From positions 682,001 to 746,000 of the forward strand of contig OZ024761.1 of the NCBI GenBank assembly GCA_964016885.1: 64,000 nt of DNA, written 5' to 3'. This document shows, one piece after another, positions 12,180-26,302 of this stretch (position 1 is the stretch's first letter; the number at the start of each line of letters is the position of its first letter). Under the pieces are notes generated by a model, which was given only the letters and a program-made list of their open reading frames with translations, ran no database searches and was not told the DNA's origin. Source of the stretch: Eledone cirrhosa. Taxonomy: Eukaryota. The translations under genes were made by a program, and so were the position numbers.

Positions 12180-13013
12180 CTAACAGCGCTGCGATCGAAT
12201 GTGGCTTTTTAGCCCAGCCAATGATCTAAAATGTCTTGCACAGAGTCGGCAGCCAAAACATTCACTGGGAATAGTCGGCTGTGGTTGGAGTTCATGTACT
12301 TTTGGATGTCGCTTGAGCCCTCCTGCTGATTTACATTCTCTACCACATGCTTGGCAAGCATGATGAGTAGCATCTCCAACAGCAGCCTGGTAGTCAACCA
12401 CTGGTCTTTCTTTATGACTGCGAAGATGACTTTCGAGTCCAGCTTTGCTTAGGCAGAGTCTCGCACAGACGCTGCATGTCAGCACCATAGGAGGACCCTC
12501 GCCGTCTGGAAGTGCAACAGCAACGCCCTTCCTCACATCCCGCTTTACTTTCTCGTATGCGATTGGAGATGCCTCAAAGGCAACTTTTCCCTCATATACA
12601 GTCTTTCTCCATTTATTACGATCAGCAGCAACATTTTCCCATGTATCAGCAGAGATGTTAGCGTCTTTCAAAGAGGCTTTCAAGAAATCCTTATACCTCT
12701 TTTTTGGTTTATGTGGCGGTCGTTTTCCTTTAACTAACTCTCCAGAAAAGAGTTGTTTTGGTATTCTAGAATCCTTCAACATGGCAAGGTGACCACTCCA
12801 ACGGAGTCGTTGCTTAAGCACAAGAGCTTCTATACTGTCACACATAGAGCTTTCCAAAATCTCGACATCATTGATGTGGTCCCTCCAGTGAACGCCATGG
12901 ATCCGTCTGAGACACATCTGATGGAAACGCTCCAATTGCTTAAGGTGGTGTCGATATGTGACCCAGGTCTCGCAGGCATAAAGAAGAGAAGAGAGCACAC
13001 ATGCCCTGTACAC
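12180..13013 (-). mobile_element. RTE-type LINE 3' end with three C-terminal C2H2 zinc fingers
   Basis: YRACVLSSLLYACETW..LERFHQMCLRRI..LRWSGHL..RIPKQLF..G.R....PKKRYKD, then CSVC..H..SH, CQAC..H..VH, CRLC..H..SQ. Confidence 0.9.
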
Positions 13014-14650
13014 CTTTACCCTTGTCTTCTTGGATATAACTACAAGTACAATCCATTAACGGAACAATGAAAATATGTAAAACATTCCAAAAATGTTGCA
13101 TCTAATAACTGCATATACATATGTACAGATACAAAGCATATGCACATGCACACACACACAACTCAAAACATCCACATCCACACATGCAATAACATCTATA
13201 CCTGCACAGACATGCCTGCATGCAGACATACATACACATCTACCTAGTTGATGTGTAAATTCCAATGAGAGAGTCTTATGTCTATGTTAGAAACCGACTC
13301 TCTCTATATTGGCAAACATTTGTGAAATTATAAAACCAGAACATACATACATACATACATGTATGCATGCATGCATGATGGCTGCCCCCCTCATTATCGA
13401 GTATGGCTATTGCACACAAAAACACGATAAATAAATAAATAAATTAATTAATTAATTAATTAATTAATTAATTAATTAAAAAAATTGAAAATTTGTTTTA
13501 AATAAATATAAAAAATAAATGTTATGACAGCATACAGATATGTCTATAATTTCAATTTTGCAGATTTTTGTAATGTTTATATATATATATATATATATAT
13601 ATAAAATCATCATCATCATCATCATCATTTTACGTCCGCTTTTCCCTGCTTGCAAGGGTTGGACGGGTCCTATTCAGCACAGCATCTCTCCACTTGTTAC
13701 GGTCCTTCGTCATCTCCTCGGTGAGTTTCAGCGATCTGAGGTCTGCTCTCACCACCTCCGCCCATGTATTTGTCAGATGTACATGCCTGTTAAGTGTGTG
13801 TCTATATATACATAAATATTTATATAGGTATGGAGATGTATATATATATATATATATTAACATACATAGGGTTTATAAAAGTTGTGTTAAGAAATATCTG
13901 TAATGGTATACAGTAGCCATTTCCCATCCCACCCCACCTCCACCACCTGACGCTGTATGCTAGCCACCACCTCATGCATATAACACCTTAAACCCACTCC
14001 CCCAAAACCTCTTTATTGCTTTCACCTCCCCAGCTATCCCCTCCCTCAATATGATAAGTGTAAACTCACTAAGAGTATCTTAATATAGTTGAATAGTGGC
14101 CCAGAACCGCTCAGAGCAGTCACGGGGCGGACAGAGGCTCTGTAAGCTGTAATGTAGGCAACCCGTCTAGGAGAGCTACCGCTCCGAATAAATTGGTGTG
14201 GGGTGAAGAAGCCCCCTAAGTCCAGTAAGACAACTTCCCTAGTGCTGGTGGCATGAATAAAAGCACCGGTCCATGCTGTGAAATGGAGGAAATGGAAGTG
14301 GCATTTAGCCATTAAAAGCCATGCCAAAGTATGGGGTGGAGAGGGTCCCTGAGTCCAGTAAGACAACTTCTCTAGTGCTGGTGGCATGAATCAAGGCACC
14401 CAGTCCATGCTGTGAAGGGATGCTGATGATAGGAAGGGCATCCAACCAGTATATTAATGCCCAAAAAATTACGAGCACAACATACAAGTATAGCAATAAC
14501 TGCATAAACAGTAATAACACTAACCATGTTAGGACAACACATGGTAGTGGGGTGGCTAGTGCGTCCATGAGAAAGAACCCCCTGACCGTCATCAAGTAAT
14601 CACACAACAACAACAGTAATAATGATGATAATGATTCTAAATATTTTTCC

Positions 14651-15815
14651 TTGCAGAAAAGGAAAAATCAACGAAAGATGACACATCTCAGGGTTGCCGC
14701 ACTTAATGTTGGCACCCTGAGAGGTAGATCTGGTGAAGTAGTGGAAATGCTAGAGAGAAGGCATGTGGATGTGTGCTGCATGCAAGAGGTGAGATGGAGA
14801 GGTGCCTCAGCAAGACTGATCGCAGGCAAACAGCTTAGCTATAAGCTTCTCTGGGTAGGAAATGATGATGGGTTAGGTGGAGTAGGCACTTTACTGGCCA
14901 AGAAGTGGATTAAGAAGACAATAGAGATAGTTAGAGTCATCATCATCATCATCATTGTTTAATGTCTAATAGAATTATTAAGATTAGATTAGTTGTGGCA
15001 ATAGGCTGCTGACAATTATCTCTACTTGTGCTCCCCAAGCGGGCCTAGGTAAAGAAGAGAAGGACTGCTTTTACGAGCAACTTTTACAGACAACCATTGA
15101 GACATAGGACAGAGACCAAGTTATACTAGCAGGGGATTTCAATGGTCATGTTGGACAGCTCCAGGGTGGAGACACTGAGGTACATAATGGTAATGGTTAT
15201 GGCTCAAGAAACAAAGAAGGAGTGAGGCTTCTTGAATTTTGTGATGCAAGTGAATTAACCATTTGCAACACTAACTTCAGGAAACCTGCCAATCATCTAA
15301 TAACCTACCAATCAGGCAAGCACATAAGCCAGATTGACTTCTTGCTATTTAGGCAGCGAGACCGACAGATGGTTTCAAATACTAAGGCATACTCTGGGGA
15401 AGAATGTAATCCTCAACATAAGTTAGTCGTTAGTGACATCTCAATAAGCAAGAGACAGAATGAGACACACAGGAAGGTATGGAAAAGGAAGGTCTGGAAG
15501 CTAAAAGACCTTTCACTTAAATATAAATTTAGGGAAGCCCTTCAAGATGTGTATGACGAGAAAGAAGACAAATTAGAATTTTATGACATAGAAGATAACT
15601 GGAAGTTCTTACGTGACAACCTACTGCAAGCAACTGAAGAGACTTGCGGATGGAGCAAAGCTCCAACCAGACAGAGGGTGACTTGGTGGTGGAACAGCTC
15701 GGTAGATAGAGCCATTAAAGACAAAAGACAAACATGGAAAAATTGGAAAAATGGAAGAAGTAGAGAACGATACTCAGCCACTAAAAGAGAGGCTAGATGT
15801 CAAGTATACTTAGCC
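14651..15815 (+). mobile_element. RTE-type LINE APE endonuclease and linker fragment (disrupted)
   Basis: LNVGTLRGR..CMQEVRW..GGVG; AGDFNGHVG; SQIDFLL..PQHKLVV; TWWWN; interrupted by (CAT)n and frameshifts. Confidence 0.9.
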
Positions 15816-15831
15816 ATCCCTTCATTGAACA

Positions 15832-16164
15832 TTACATGATCATGTGCATGCAGGTGACTTTTCAGACCCGCTTTTGATTTGCAGATACATTCACAAATGT
15901 AACACTAGCACTGTCTGTCTCCTGACAATACCAGCTGGGGTCTTCATGCATTTCACCATGTCTGGTCAGTCCACCAGCTGACTTGCAAATTAAGTCACAC
16001 TCATTGTAAATATACCTTGGAGTGTGTGGCAGCAGAACCATCACATAATTGGGTTGATTTCTCTCTGATTCGTGTGATTTCAGATGTTTAGAACTATCTT
16101 GCTAGAAGAAATCAGCCACATATATTGCATCTCAATTCCTGTTGGATTTTTGCAGGCATTGCAC

Positions 16165-16165
<1 letters not shown>
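15832..16165 (-). mobile_element. Decayed C2H2-finger tail of a zinc-finger RTE LINE
   Basis: LRCNICG...LKSH; ECDLICKSAGGLTRH; CYICECICKSKAGLKSHLHAH-stop, with frameshifts. Confidence 0.7.
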
Positions 16166-16870
<705 letters not shown>

Positions 16871-17004
16871 TCCAGCATTGATCTGCTCATCAGTCTGGTG
16901 ATTCAACTTAAAATAAAATGTACACTCAGCCTGTGCATCGAGTGGTAATATTGGTACCACCACTAGTAATTCACTGAATCAACTACACTATACATATATA
17001 TATG

Positions 17005-17352
<348 letters not shown>

Positions 17353-17582
17353 GAAAGTAAGTAGAATCGAAGTCGGTGTTGCAGCATATGTACAAACTTT
17401 ATTAGCCTATTACAATTGTTTCGATATCGATCAGCTCAAGGTACAATCAAAATAATGGCGCCTGACACTTCTTTGACATCATATCAGGTATGCGAGTTTA
17501 TATGTGCAAAGCATTGAGTGCTTCAAACGGCGTGCCACTTGTAACTCTAGTTACACACCTAACACACACACATATATATATA

Positions 17583-17790
17583 CATCATCATCATCATCGC
17601 CGTTTTACGTCCGTTCTTCCACGCTAGCATAGGTTAGACACGTTGTCCTGTTGTGGGTAGTGCCCGGTCGGCTGACCTTGTCTTGCTCATACGGGAACTG
17701 ATTTTGGGTTGATTTCTACAGCTGGATGCCCTTCCTAACACCAACCTCATTTACAGTGAGTGCTCGGTGCTTTTTTTTCGTGGCGCCTTT
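17583..17790 (-). mobile_element. SINE 3' half
   Basis: Reverse complement of the tail seen at 23540-23720 and 25090-25250. Confidence 0.8.
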
Positions 17791-17943
17791 ACCACAAGAA
17801 TACAATAGTAAATATAGAGTAATATAAATGCTAAACTTGATGGAATCAGAGTCTTTCCCTCTTTCCTACTTACTAAAATTTAGTCTTTGCTAGCTTTACT
17901 CTATTAGACAACAATCTTAATAAGAACACAAGAAGAAAATTAC

Positions 17944-18172
17944 TTAACCCTTTAGCATTTATATTACTCTATATTTACTATTGTATTCTTGTGGCAAAGG
18001 CTTTACCTCACATAATTATCCCACATAATATGGAATCTACGAGATTTTAATATTATTTATATTGAGAACAATACCTTAAAGTCGGTATGAGTAGCCAGTT
18101 ACGGCTGGTTTGAACAGAAAGAGGTGAGAGAATTCTGGCCGGATAAGGCCAGTTGAAATGCTAAAGAGTTAA
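17944..18172. mobile_element. piggyBac-like MITE (TTAA ends)
   Basis: TTAACCCTTTAGCATTT ... AAATGCTAAAGAGTTAA terminal inverted repeats. Homologues at 33255-33497, 44136-44737 and 51287-51504. Confidence 0.75.
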
Positions 18173-18559
18173 AGCATGTATGAGGGGGTGGTTCTATTGG
18201 AAATGCCCTGTTCAACTCATGCAAGCAATGAAAAGCTGACGCAGAAAGAAAATTATGATGATACAGAAACACTCGCTCAGACACACACACACACACATGT
18301 ACACTCACACACACACATACACACAGGCATGCTTTTCTAAAAAAAATGTTTCTGTACCCTCCTCTTCTCTATCTTTATATTTCATCTTTTATTTTTCATT
18401 CTATGTTCTGATGAAGAACTAGTGTCTGAAAGGTAAAGACACTCTCCTATTATATCAAGCATTAAACTAATATATTTCCTCATTGTACTCTGTTGTTTGC
18501 ATTGTTTCCGTTCATCACCTTTTGCATACATAACACATTTTACGAAGCATGACTACATT

Positions 18560-18610
<51 letters not shown>

Positions 18611-18816
18611 TTAAGGGTACTATTTATGGTTATGTATGCAATAAAACCTTTGATGGTAATTTATTATATATACACAAACCCTAAATAGTGAGAGATAGTC
18701 TTTAATTACTATCCTATTACCAGTAAGATAAATAGCTCAATGTAATAACATCAGTTGTTATACAGAGCAGTTATATAGAGATTACAGTAATCAAAGTTCA
18801 GTTTAAGTCATTTATT

Positions 18817-18863
18817 TGCTTACAATTGTTTCCTCCAAACCGAGGTTTGGATTCTTCGGAGCA
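18817..18863 (-). ncRNA. Hammerhead-like motif, U4C core variant
   Basis: UGCU-CCGAAGA-aUCCAAAC(CUCG)GUUUGGAg-GAAA-CAAUUGUA/AGCA; palindromic ACAAUUGU stem III; GUA triplet. Confidence 0.5.
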
Positions 18864-19039
18864 GCTATTTATAACATACTTGACCTCCTTTTCAACCCAA
18901 GAGACACATAAAACATATGCGCATATTGATCAACAGTGGGGTGGCATTCATCAAATGAAATAGCATGGCAATTTACATATAAAGTGTTACATGATAAAAA
19001 TAGTGCATTTATATGAGAGATCGGATCTCCGGACCATAC

Positions 19040-19235
19040 CGGTCAGTCACACCTTTAATATCAATATACTAGTATACCTGGTTAGTCACACCTTTAATAT
19101 ACATATACTAGTAGGCCTGGTTAGTCACACCTTTAATATAAATATACTAGTAGGCCTGGTTAGTCACACCTTTATTATAAATGTACTAGTGGACCTGGTC
19201 AGTCACGCCTTTAATATAAATATACTAGTAGACCA
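19040..19235. repeat. 39-bp minisatellite, ~5 copies
   Basis: Unit cctggttagtcacacctttaatataaatatactagtagg. Confidence 0.85.
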
Positions 19236-19918
19236 GTGCTGTCACTAAAATGGGTAAATTTTGGTGGGGATTCATAGAACCAGAGCCAATTTTGGTTGGG
19301 TTGGTATCAAGGTTCTTATATATAATTATTTTTGAAGATATTATTTGAAATAAGAACCTGTTAAAATGGGTAGGTTTTTGTTTCATAGAACCAGATATGG
19401 GTTTTGGGGCTGAATGGTATCAAAAGGTTTAATATACGTTAAACATCTGAATGTGTTGTCATCTCATTAACTCTTTTGGTGCTAATCCGCATGAAACTGC
19501 TACAAATACTTTTAAAGTATTTATATTCATCTATAACTCTTTTCATCATAATTTATTTTGTAAAAGAAAAATCCTTAAGTTGTGTCCCTGTCCTTAATAT
19601 ATACAAAATACTTTGATGCGTTGGCATCTCGTTAAAGAGGCACTGTGCTGTCCTTAATATGAATGAAATACCTGGGATTAATCGGTCAGTCTTCTTGTTA
19701 AGAGTTACTGCACTGTCCTTAACATTTTGAAATACCTGGATTTATAAGTCTACTGTGCGCTGTCAGGGGGCAATAGAGAAGATATAATAGTATATCAAAT
19801 ATCTTATGATATATATTATATATATTAATATAGTAAAATGAAAAAATATATGATATTTATTTTTACATGGTATATATTATATTATTTATTGTATATAAAT
19901 TAACGATTTTATTATATA

Positions 19919-22900
19919 CTAGCAGTTTAGCCCAGCATTGCTCGGGTTTGTTCATTTGCTATGAAAAGTTACATACAGGTAAACGTGGTTTGAAAGCGAA
20001 TAAGCTTATCAATTAAGTGCATAAAGCAGTTGAACCAGTTATTAAAAGTTACGAACCAATTAGCATTTTGGTCAATCAATGATGGGTTAATAATCTTCCA
20101 ATAGCGAATTTAGTAGACTAAAGCTGCAAGATGGTGGTCCTGATGCCGCTGGGTGTCAGATCTGTCCGCCATGGGTGACACTACCAGGAAATAGTGTTCC
20201 AGGCGGCATAGCTCCAACACCTATAGCACCTTTGTAGACGATATTGCGTGTCATCCCTTGAGGAGTGTAAGCAAAAAGTCCATTCCTGCTCCCTACAGGC
20301 AACATAAAGTTGGCCATGGGAGAAGCATGGCTCCCCCAAATGAATGCCTGCCACCGACAATGTTTGCCCTTGTGACTTGTTAATGGACATGGCAAAACAT
20401 AGTCTCACCGGGAATTGGGATCGCCGGAAATCGAACGGGATATCTGACGCCAAGGGGAAAAGGTTCATCCTTGGAATGAAAACAGTCTCTCCTCTTCCGC
20501 ACCCCCGTTACAATGGTGGCCTCAATCAAGTGGGGTGTCAGTGACTTGACGACCATGCGAGTACCGTTGCACTGCTTTGGTGGACGTAAGTTCCTTATTA
20601 GCATAATGGGACAGCCAACCCTAAGCTTAATAATGTGAGGTGGGAGTCCTGGTGGCTCAAGGGAATTTAATAACTCAACCGGATAATTAACGATATCGTC
20701 GGGGTCTGACGTCCGGTCGATAGATTTGAAGATGTGCTCTTTACCGGGAATCTTCTCAATCAGCTGCTCGTTAATAAAATTAACCATGGTATTTTTCAGA
20801 GCAAAGATGGCTCTTTTGCTGAGCCAATCAAGGTTTTTAAAGTTAGATGAGACATCAGGAAAAACTGCTTCCCAAAGATCAGAAGGGCTGCTCACAATGT
20901 TGCACAGGGAGTCGATTGCTATGCCGCCCTTGTCATCCGCAGGGACCTTGCCCTCACCAAGTGCTAAAATGTTCTGAGCAAATGCTGCAGACATGTTGTC
21001 ACCATGCAAATGAGCACGCATATTTGTGCTCAGGTACAAACTCTTCACCTGGAGCCACAACATGGACGACTTAAGGCAGGCACGCACTTCATTAGCTCTT
21101 GTCCCTTTGGGGATAACAGGCAGCGTTTACCGAAAATCCCCTGATAGCAGAAGGGTTACGCCACCCTTAGGTGCCGTAGAATCCCTAATGTCTTTCAGGG
21201 TCCCATCCAATGCCTCAAGGGCACCCTTGTGTGCCATTGTGCACTCATCCCAAACAATGAGGCAACATCTTTTGAGAACCAGAGCTTTGTGTGAGCTCTT
21301 GCTGATATTGCATGTTGGTGTCTCAGTTTTTACTAAATCCAAGGGGAGTTTAAAGGTTGAGTGTGCTGTCCTGCCTCCCGGGAGCAAAGTAGCAGCGATC
21401 CCGGACGATGCAACGGACAACGCAACTTTTTTCTCCTGACGAATCTTAGCGAGAATCAATTTCGTTACAGAAGTTTTTCCGGTACCCCCAGGAGCGTTTT
21501 TTTATTGTGTATGGGGGGGGGGTTATTTGGAATCCGTTTTTTTTTTTTGGGGGGGGGGGTATTTGGAATTCGTTTTTTATTTGGTGGGGGTCCGTTTTTT
21601 ATTTGGGGGGTTCCGTTTTTTATTGGGGGTGAGAAGGGTCCGGTTTTTATGAGGGGGGATCCGTTTTTATTTGGGGGGTGAGGGTCCGTTTTTAATTAGG
21701 GGGGGGGGGTCACCCAATTCACACTTTTGAAGCAAAATGGCAAAGAGTTCCCGTAGACCTTTAGGTGATTTCAACAAAGCACCCTCTGCTAAAGTGGAAT
21801 CCCATTGCGAATCATCTTCCAAAAGACCTCGCTTAAAGCAGGCTTCCCGGTACGTATCACATATTTTTCCATCAACAGTTTTGAGGTCCTGAAAACTTTG
21901 TGGGCCTACAACTTCATGCAGAAGAAGGTGGAGATGAAAGCACTCATGCTGACTTGGGGGCACAGTGTAAACCCTTCCAAGACAGCTGTCAAATTTTACA
22001 CCAGGATGTTTTTCAACAGCCTGACCTGACTTCTTCGCACCCAAGTGTTTTTCGACCATATAAAGTAGGATGGAACCTGGGGGTACACAATTGTTTGCGC
22101 AAATGTATTGAACTGGTAAAGTTTGAAGAAACCCGTCAGAGTGGTCTCTTTCGGATCGGCGGCCAACTTGGTGGCGGTTTGGTCCGTAAAGTAAACCCTT
22201 TGCCCATTTTCCAAATGTACCGCAAGCTGTACAATGGCGGGGTGACGTTGGTGTAGGGGTAAACCAAATAGGCGCCAAAAAGCTTCATTGCTACTGATGT
22301 ACCGCCCCGTCAGGTATTCTGTGACCTCGTCCCTGCTATTTTCAGCTTGAAATGCGAAGATTGCAGCATCAGAGACCTTATTTACATATGTATTTTATCG
22401 ACTTGACGGAGATGCAAAACTCAACGTTGATGTGGGCGTTGAACATCTTCAAGAGAAGCGAGCAGTAAGGGACCACCCATCTATTGTCGACTTGACCTCC
22501 CTTTACTGTTGTGGTGAAGTCACTGTTCTCGGGCCGTCTCCGCCTGTACAGGGGGTACCCGTCGCCACCAGTCTGAGTCTGGTCAACAAATTTTTTTGGG
22601 TATCCCTTACTGCACGACCCCCCCTTTCAGACACGTGTGATGCTCATTAGGACCCAACGCACACGGACCATGTTAGCTTTGACGATGTCATGTAATTCCT
22701 GGTCAGTTGCTGGGTGAGGGATTTCAGCCGAAATGAAGCTGTCTATGGCATTTGAATTGATTTTATCAGCTAACCAAATGAAAATGTGAGCATGTGGCAG
22801 CCCTCGTTTTTGCCATTCGACGGTGAACATGTCACATTTTACAGCCCCAAATACCTGACTCTTTTTGATTAAAGCCATGAGTTTAGCCAGTTTCAGTCTG

Positions 22901-22990
22901 AACACTCTAGCAATGAGGTCATGTCTGTTCGAATAATTTGCCCAGGAAAAAGTTCATAAATATCGGTTTCAACACACGATTTCAGATAAA
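19919..22990 (-). mobile_element. Decayed Helitron (Rep/HUH + PIF1-like helicase) with intact 3' end
   Basis: VEWQKRGLPHAHIFIW (Rep motif II); APGGTGKT; LPGGRTAHS; IVWDECTM; GDFR; CNGTR; FAMSINKSQGQTL; SHGQLYVA. The 3' hairpin cccgagc-aat-gctggg is followed by CTAG (19919-19922) and then T. Many frameshifts. Confidence 0.92.
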
Positions 22991-23015
22991 GAATCTTGCT
23001 AAACAAATTCAGAAA

Positions 23016-23067
<52 letters not shown>

Positions 23068-23098
23068 ATACATATATACATATATATATATACATACC

Positions 23099-23132
<34 letters not shown>

Positions 23133-23155
23133 CATATACATACATATACATACAT

Positions 23156-23267
<112 letters not shown>

Positions 23268-23720
23268 GGCTTAGTAGTTAGAGCATTGCTTAGTGGTTAG
23301 AGCGTTGGGCTTGCAATCAAAAGGTTGTGAATTCAATTCTCAGACCGGGTGATGTGTTGTTTCCTTGAGCAAGACACTTTATTTCACATTGCTCCTGTTT
23401 ACTCAGCTGTAGAAATGAGATGATACGGACTGGGGTCCCTATCATTCCACTACAAAATGGTCGTGGAGGTGCCACGGTAAAAAAGCGTCCAGCACTCACT
23501 GTAAAGTGGACGTGTAGGCGCCATGGAAAAAAAGCACCCAGCACTCACTGTAAATGAGGTTGGTTTTAGGAAGGGCATCCAGCTGTAGAAATCAAGCCAG
23601 AATCAGTTACCGTATGAGCAAGACAAGGTCAGCTGACCGGACACTGCCCACAACAGGACAACCTGTCTAACCCATGCTAGCGTGGAAGAACGGACGTAAA
23701 ACGGTGATGATGATGATGAT
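23268..23720 (+). mobile_element. tRNA-derived SINE with CORE-like domain and LINE-derived tail
   Basis: A-box TGGCTTAGT.GTTAGAGC (duplicated), B-box-like GAATTCAATTC, CORE-like ccttgagcaagacacttt..cagctgtagaaatg, tail ending in (GAT)n. Confidence 0.85.
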
Positions 23721-23778
23721 ACATATATATATATGTACATACATATATACATACATATATATATATATATTTATATAG

Positions 23779-23811
<33 letters not shown>

Positions 23812-24586
23812 CATATATATATATGCACACATACATATATACATACATATGTCAAGTATTTCCGTGGAAAAGGTAACATCTCGCGCGTTCTTGGTCAAGC
23901 CGGTATGAAATTTTTTTCTCTCTCTCTCTTTCGTCTGCGACTTCACAAAACTTATGTTTACCGAATTCGTAGACCAGACCCCTTCTTCTTCTTCTTCTTC
24001 TTCTTCTTCTCCCCGTTAGACTTGTGCGAAATTCCTTCCTTGCTCACATTTCAACCAGGTTTGATGGTCTTTTGTCTCTTGTTCACGATTTCACCGAGTT
24101 TATATTCATAGAGATCTGGGACTTGTCTATTTCTTCTCACTTTCCGTTGCTTAAACCATTTTGTTTGTTACCCTAACGTCCCCTTTATTTACGTGTCCCA
24201 ACGACTTTTTTTAGCCGTTGTTCGCACCAACCTGAGGTATATGGCCCTTAAAGCGATGAAATGCCTGGGACGGTTGGAGGGTCACTGATGAAGGACTTAC
24301 TTTTTCATATGCACCACCATTTGCAACGCGCAGCCACCATTATTATCATATATATAAATGGGTGTGGGGTTGGCAGTTAATGCCCGGCTGTGTCTGCTCT
24401 CACATGTCATGACACACTAACAACAGCAACAAAGTCTTCTTAGAAAACATTCATTTGTATATGTAAAAGCTGCAGTTTGTTGTTCTTCTTCTTCTTGATG
24501 TTATTTTTTATAACTTTGTTTTTCTTTGGACCAATGGATTGCCAGCTGTAGTACATGTGTCAATACACACACACATACACGCGTGT

Positions 24587-24703
<117 letters not shown>

Positions 24704-24814
24704 ATCGAAGCACTGAGTGCGTTTGAAAATGTGAAAGTCACAAATGCAGAAACTAATTGAAATAAAAGGAGTGATTGGAAGGAATGGCGACCTCAATTTA
24801 ATACGAATGGAGTG

Positions 24815-25250
24815 GAGGCACATGGCTTAGTGGTTAGAGCATTGGCCTTGCAATCAATAGGTTGTGAGTTCAATTCTCGGACCGGGTGATGTGTTGTTCC
24901 CTTGAGCAAGACACTTTATTTCACATTGCTCCAGTTTACTCAGCTGTAGAAATGAGATGATACGGACTGAGGTCCCTATCATTCCACTGCAAAATGGTCG
25001 TGGAGGTGCCACGGTAAAAAAAGCACCCAGCCCACACTGTAAAGTGGACGTGTAGGCGCCACGGAAAAAAGCACCCAGCACTCAGTGTAAATGAGGTTGG
25101 TGTTAGGAAGGGCATCCAGCTGTAGAAATCAAGCCAGAATCAGTTCCCGTATGAGCAAGACAAGGTCAGCCGACCGGACACTGCCCACAACAGGACAACC
25201 TGTGCTAGCGTGGAAGAATGGACGTAAAACGGTGATGATGATGATGATGG
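24815..25250 (+). mobile_element. Full-length copy of the same tRNA-derived CORE-like SINE
   Basis: GGAGGCACATGGCTTAGTGGTTAGAGC..GAGTTCAATTC..; co-linear with 23268-23720, 53030-53357(-) and 62695-63063(-). Confidence 0.85.
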
Positions 25251-25810
25251 AGAGGCCTTATTAGACTTCTGCTCTAGTAAATGGGCTTTCTATCATGAAC
25301 ACCTTCTTCCAGCACAAAGACATCCATAAATACACACGGTATAAGGGAAATCAGTAATTGATTTTGTTATTGTATCTGATTCCTTCGATTCTGTGCTGGA
25401 TGTTCATGTTAACAGAAGGACTGGGCTATCAACTGATCACTATCAAGTTATCTGCAACGTGAGGCTGCTTAAAGCCAAAGAAGCCCACAAAACTGGCAGC
25501 TCTAGAGTGACCTACAGGATAAGGTGGGAAGCATTGGTGGATACAGAAGTCAGGAACAGGTACGCAGATACTACTGCATCAAAATTCAGAGAACTCCCTG
25601 AGAAAACTGAGGACGTTGAAACAAAGTGGAGATTGTTCAGCTCAACAGTTTCTGTTTCAGCTGTTAAATGCTGCAGGCAAAAGAGGCTTGGTGTGGTCCC
25701 AGATGGCATAAGGAACCCTTGGTTCAATCAAGAGGTCAAAGATGTCATCCGAGCAAAGAAGGAGGCTTACAAAGCTTGGCTTGGAAATAAGTCCCCCTTC
25801 TGTCACTTTC
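25250..25810 (+). mobile_element. LINE endonuclease C-terminus/linker fragment
   Basis: NGLSIMNTFFQHKDIHKYT..IDFVIV..STDHYQV..PWFNQEVKDVIRAKKEAYKAW. Confidence 0.8.
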
Positions 25811-25939
25811 GATATAAGCATATATATATATATAACTACAGTATCATTTAGACACTAACAACAACAACACTATGTAGACTTGTGTAAGCGCCTAAAGATA
25901 GGTCACAGTTTTGATACGTCATGTATTCTGGAGGTGTGG

Positions 25940-26285
25940 TCATTATCATTCCACTGCAAAGTGGTCGTGGATGTGCCACAGCAAAAAAGCACCCAGCCCA
26001 CACTGTAAAGTGGACGTGTAGGCGCCACGGGGAAAAAAAAGCACACAGCACGCACTGTAAAATGAGGTTGGTGTTAGGAAGGGCATCCAGCTGTAGAAAT
26101 CAAGCCAAAATCAGTTCCCGTATGAGCAAGACAAGGTCAGCCGACCGGGCACTACCCACAACAGGACAACGTGTCTAACCTATGCTAGCGTGGAAGAACG
26201 GACGTAAAACGGCGAGTTCCCGTCCCACCCTTGCAAGCAGGGAAAAGCAGACGTAAAATGATGATGATGATGATGATGATGATGA
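25940..26285 (+). mobile_element. 5'-truncated SINE fused to an RTE tail
   Basis: Same body as 24970-25230, followed by cccacccttgcaagcaggg..gacgtaaaa(TGA)n. Confidence 0.75.
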
Positions 26286-26302
26286 TATGACATTAAATGT
26301 CT

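Noticed and set aside
12180-13013. Possible host C2H2 zinc-finger gene
   Set aside because: The fingers are in frame with an RTE LINE C-terminal domain and lack TGEKP linkers; no exon structure.
24280-24310. CTGATGA motif at the end of a PLE-like fragment
   Set aside because: No stem II or GAAA follows; truncated.
24815-24890. tRNA-like A and B boxes
   Set aside because: Head of a multi-copy SINE; no complete cloverleaf supported.
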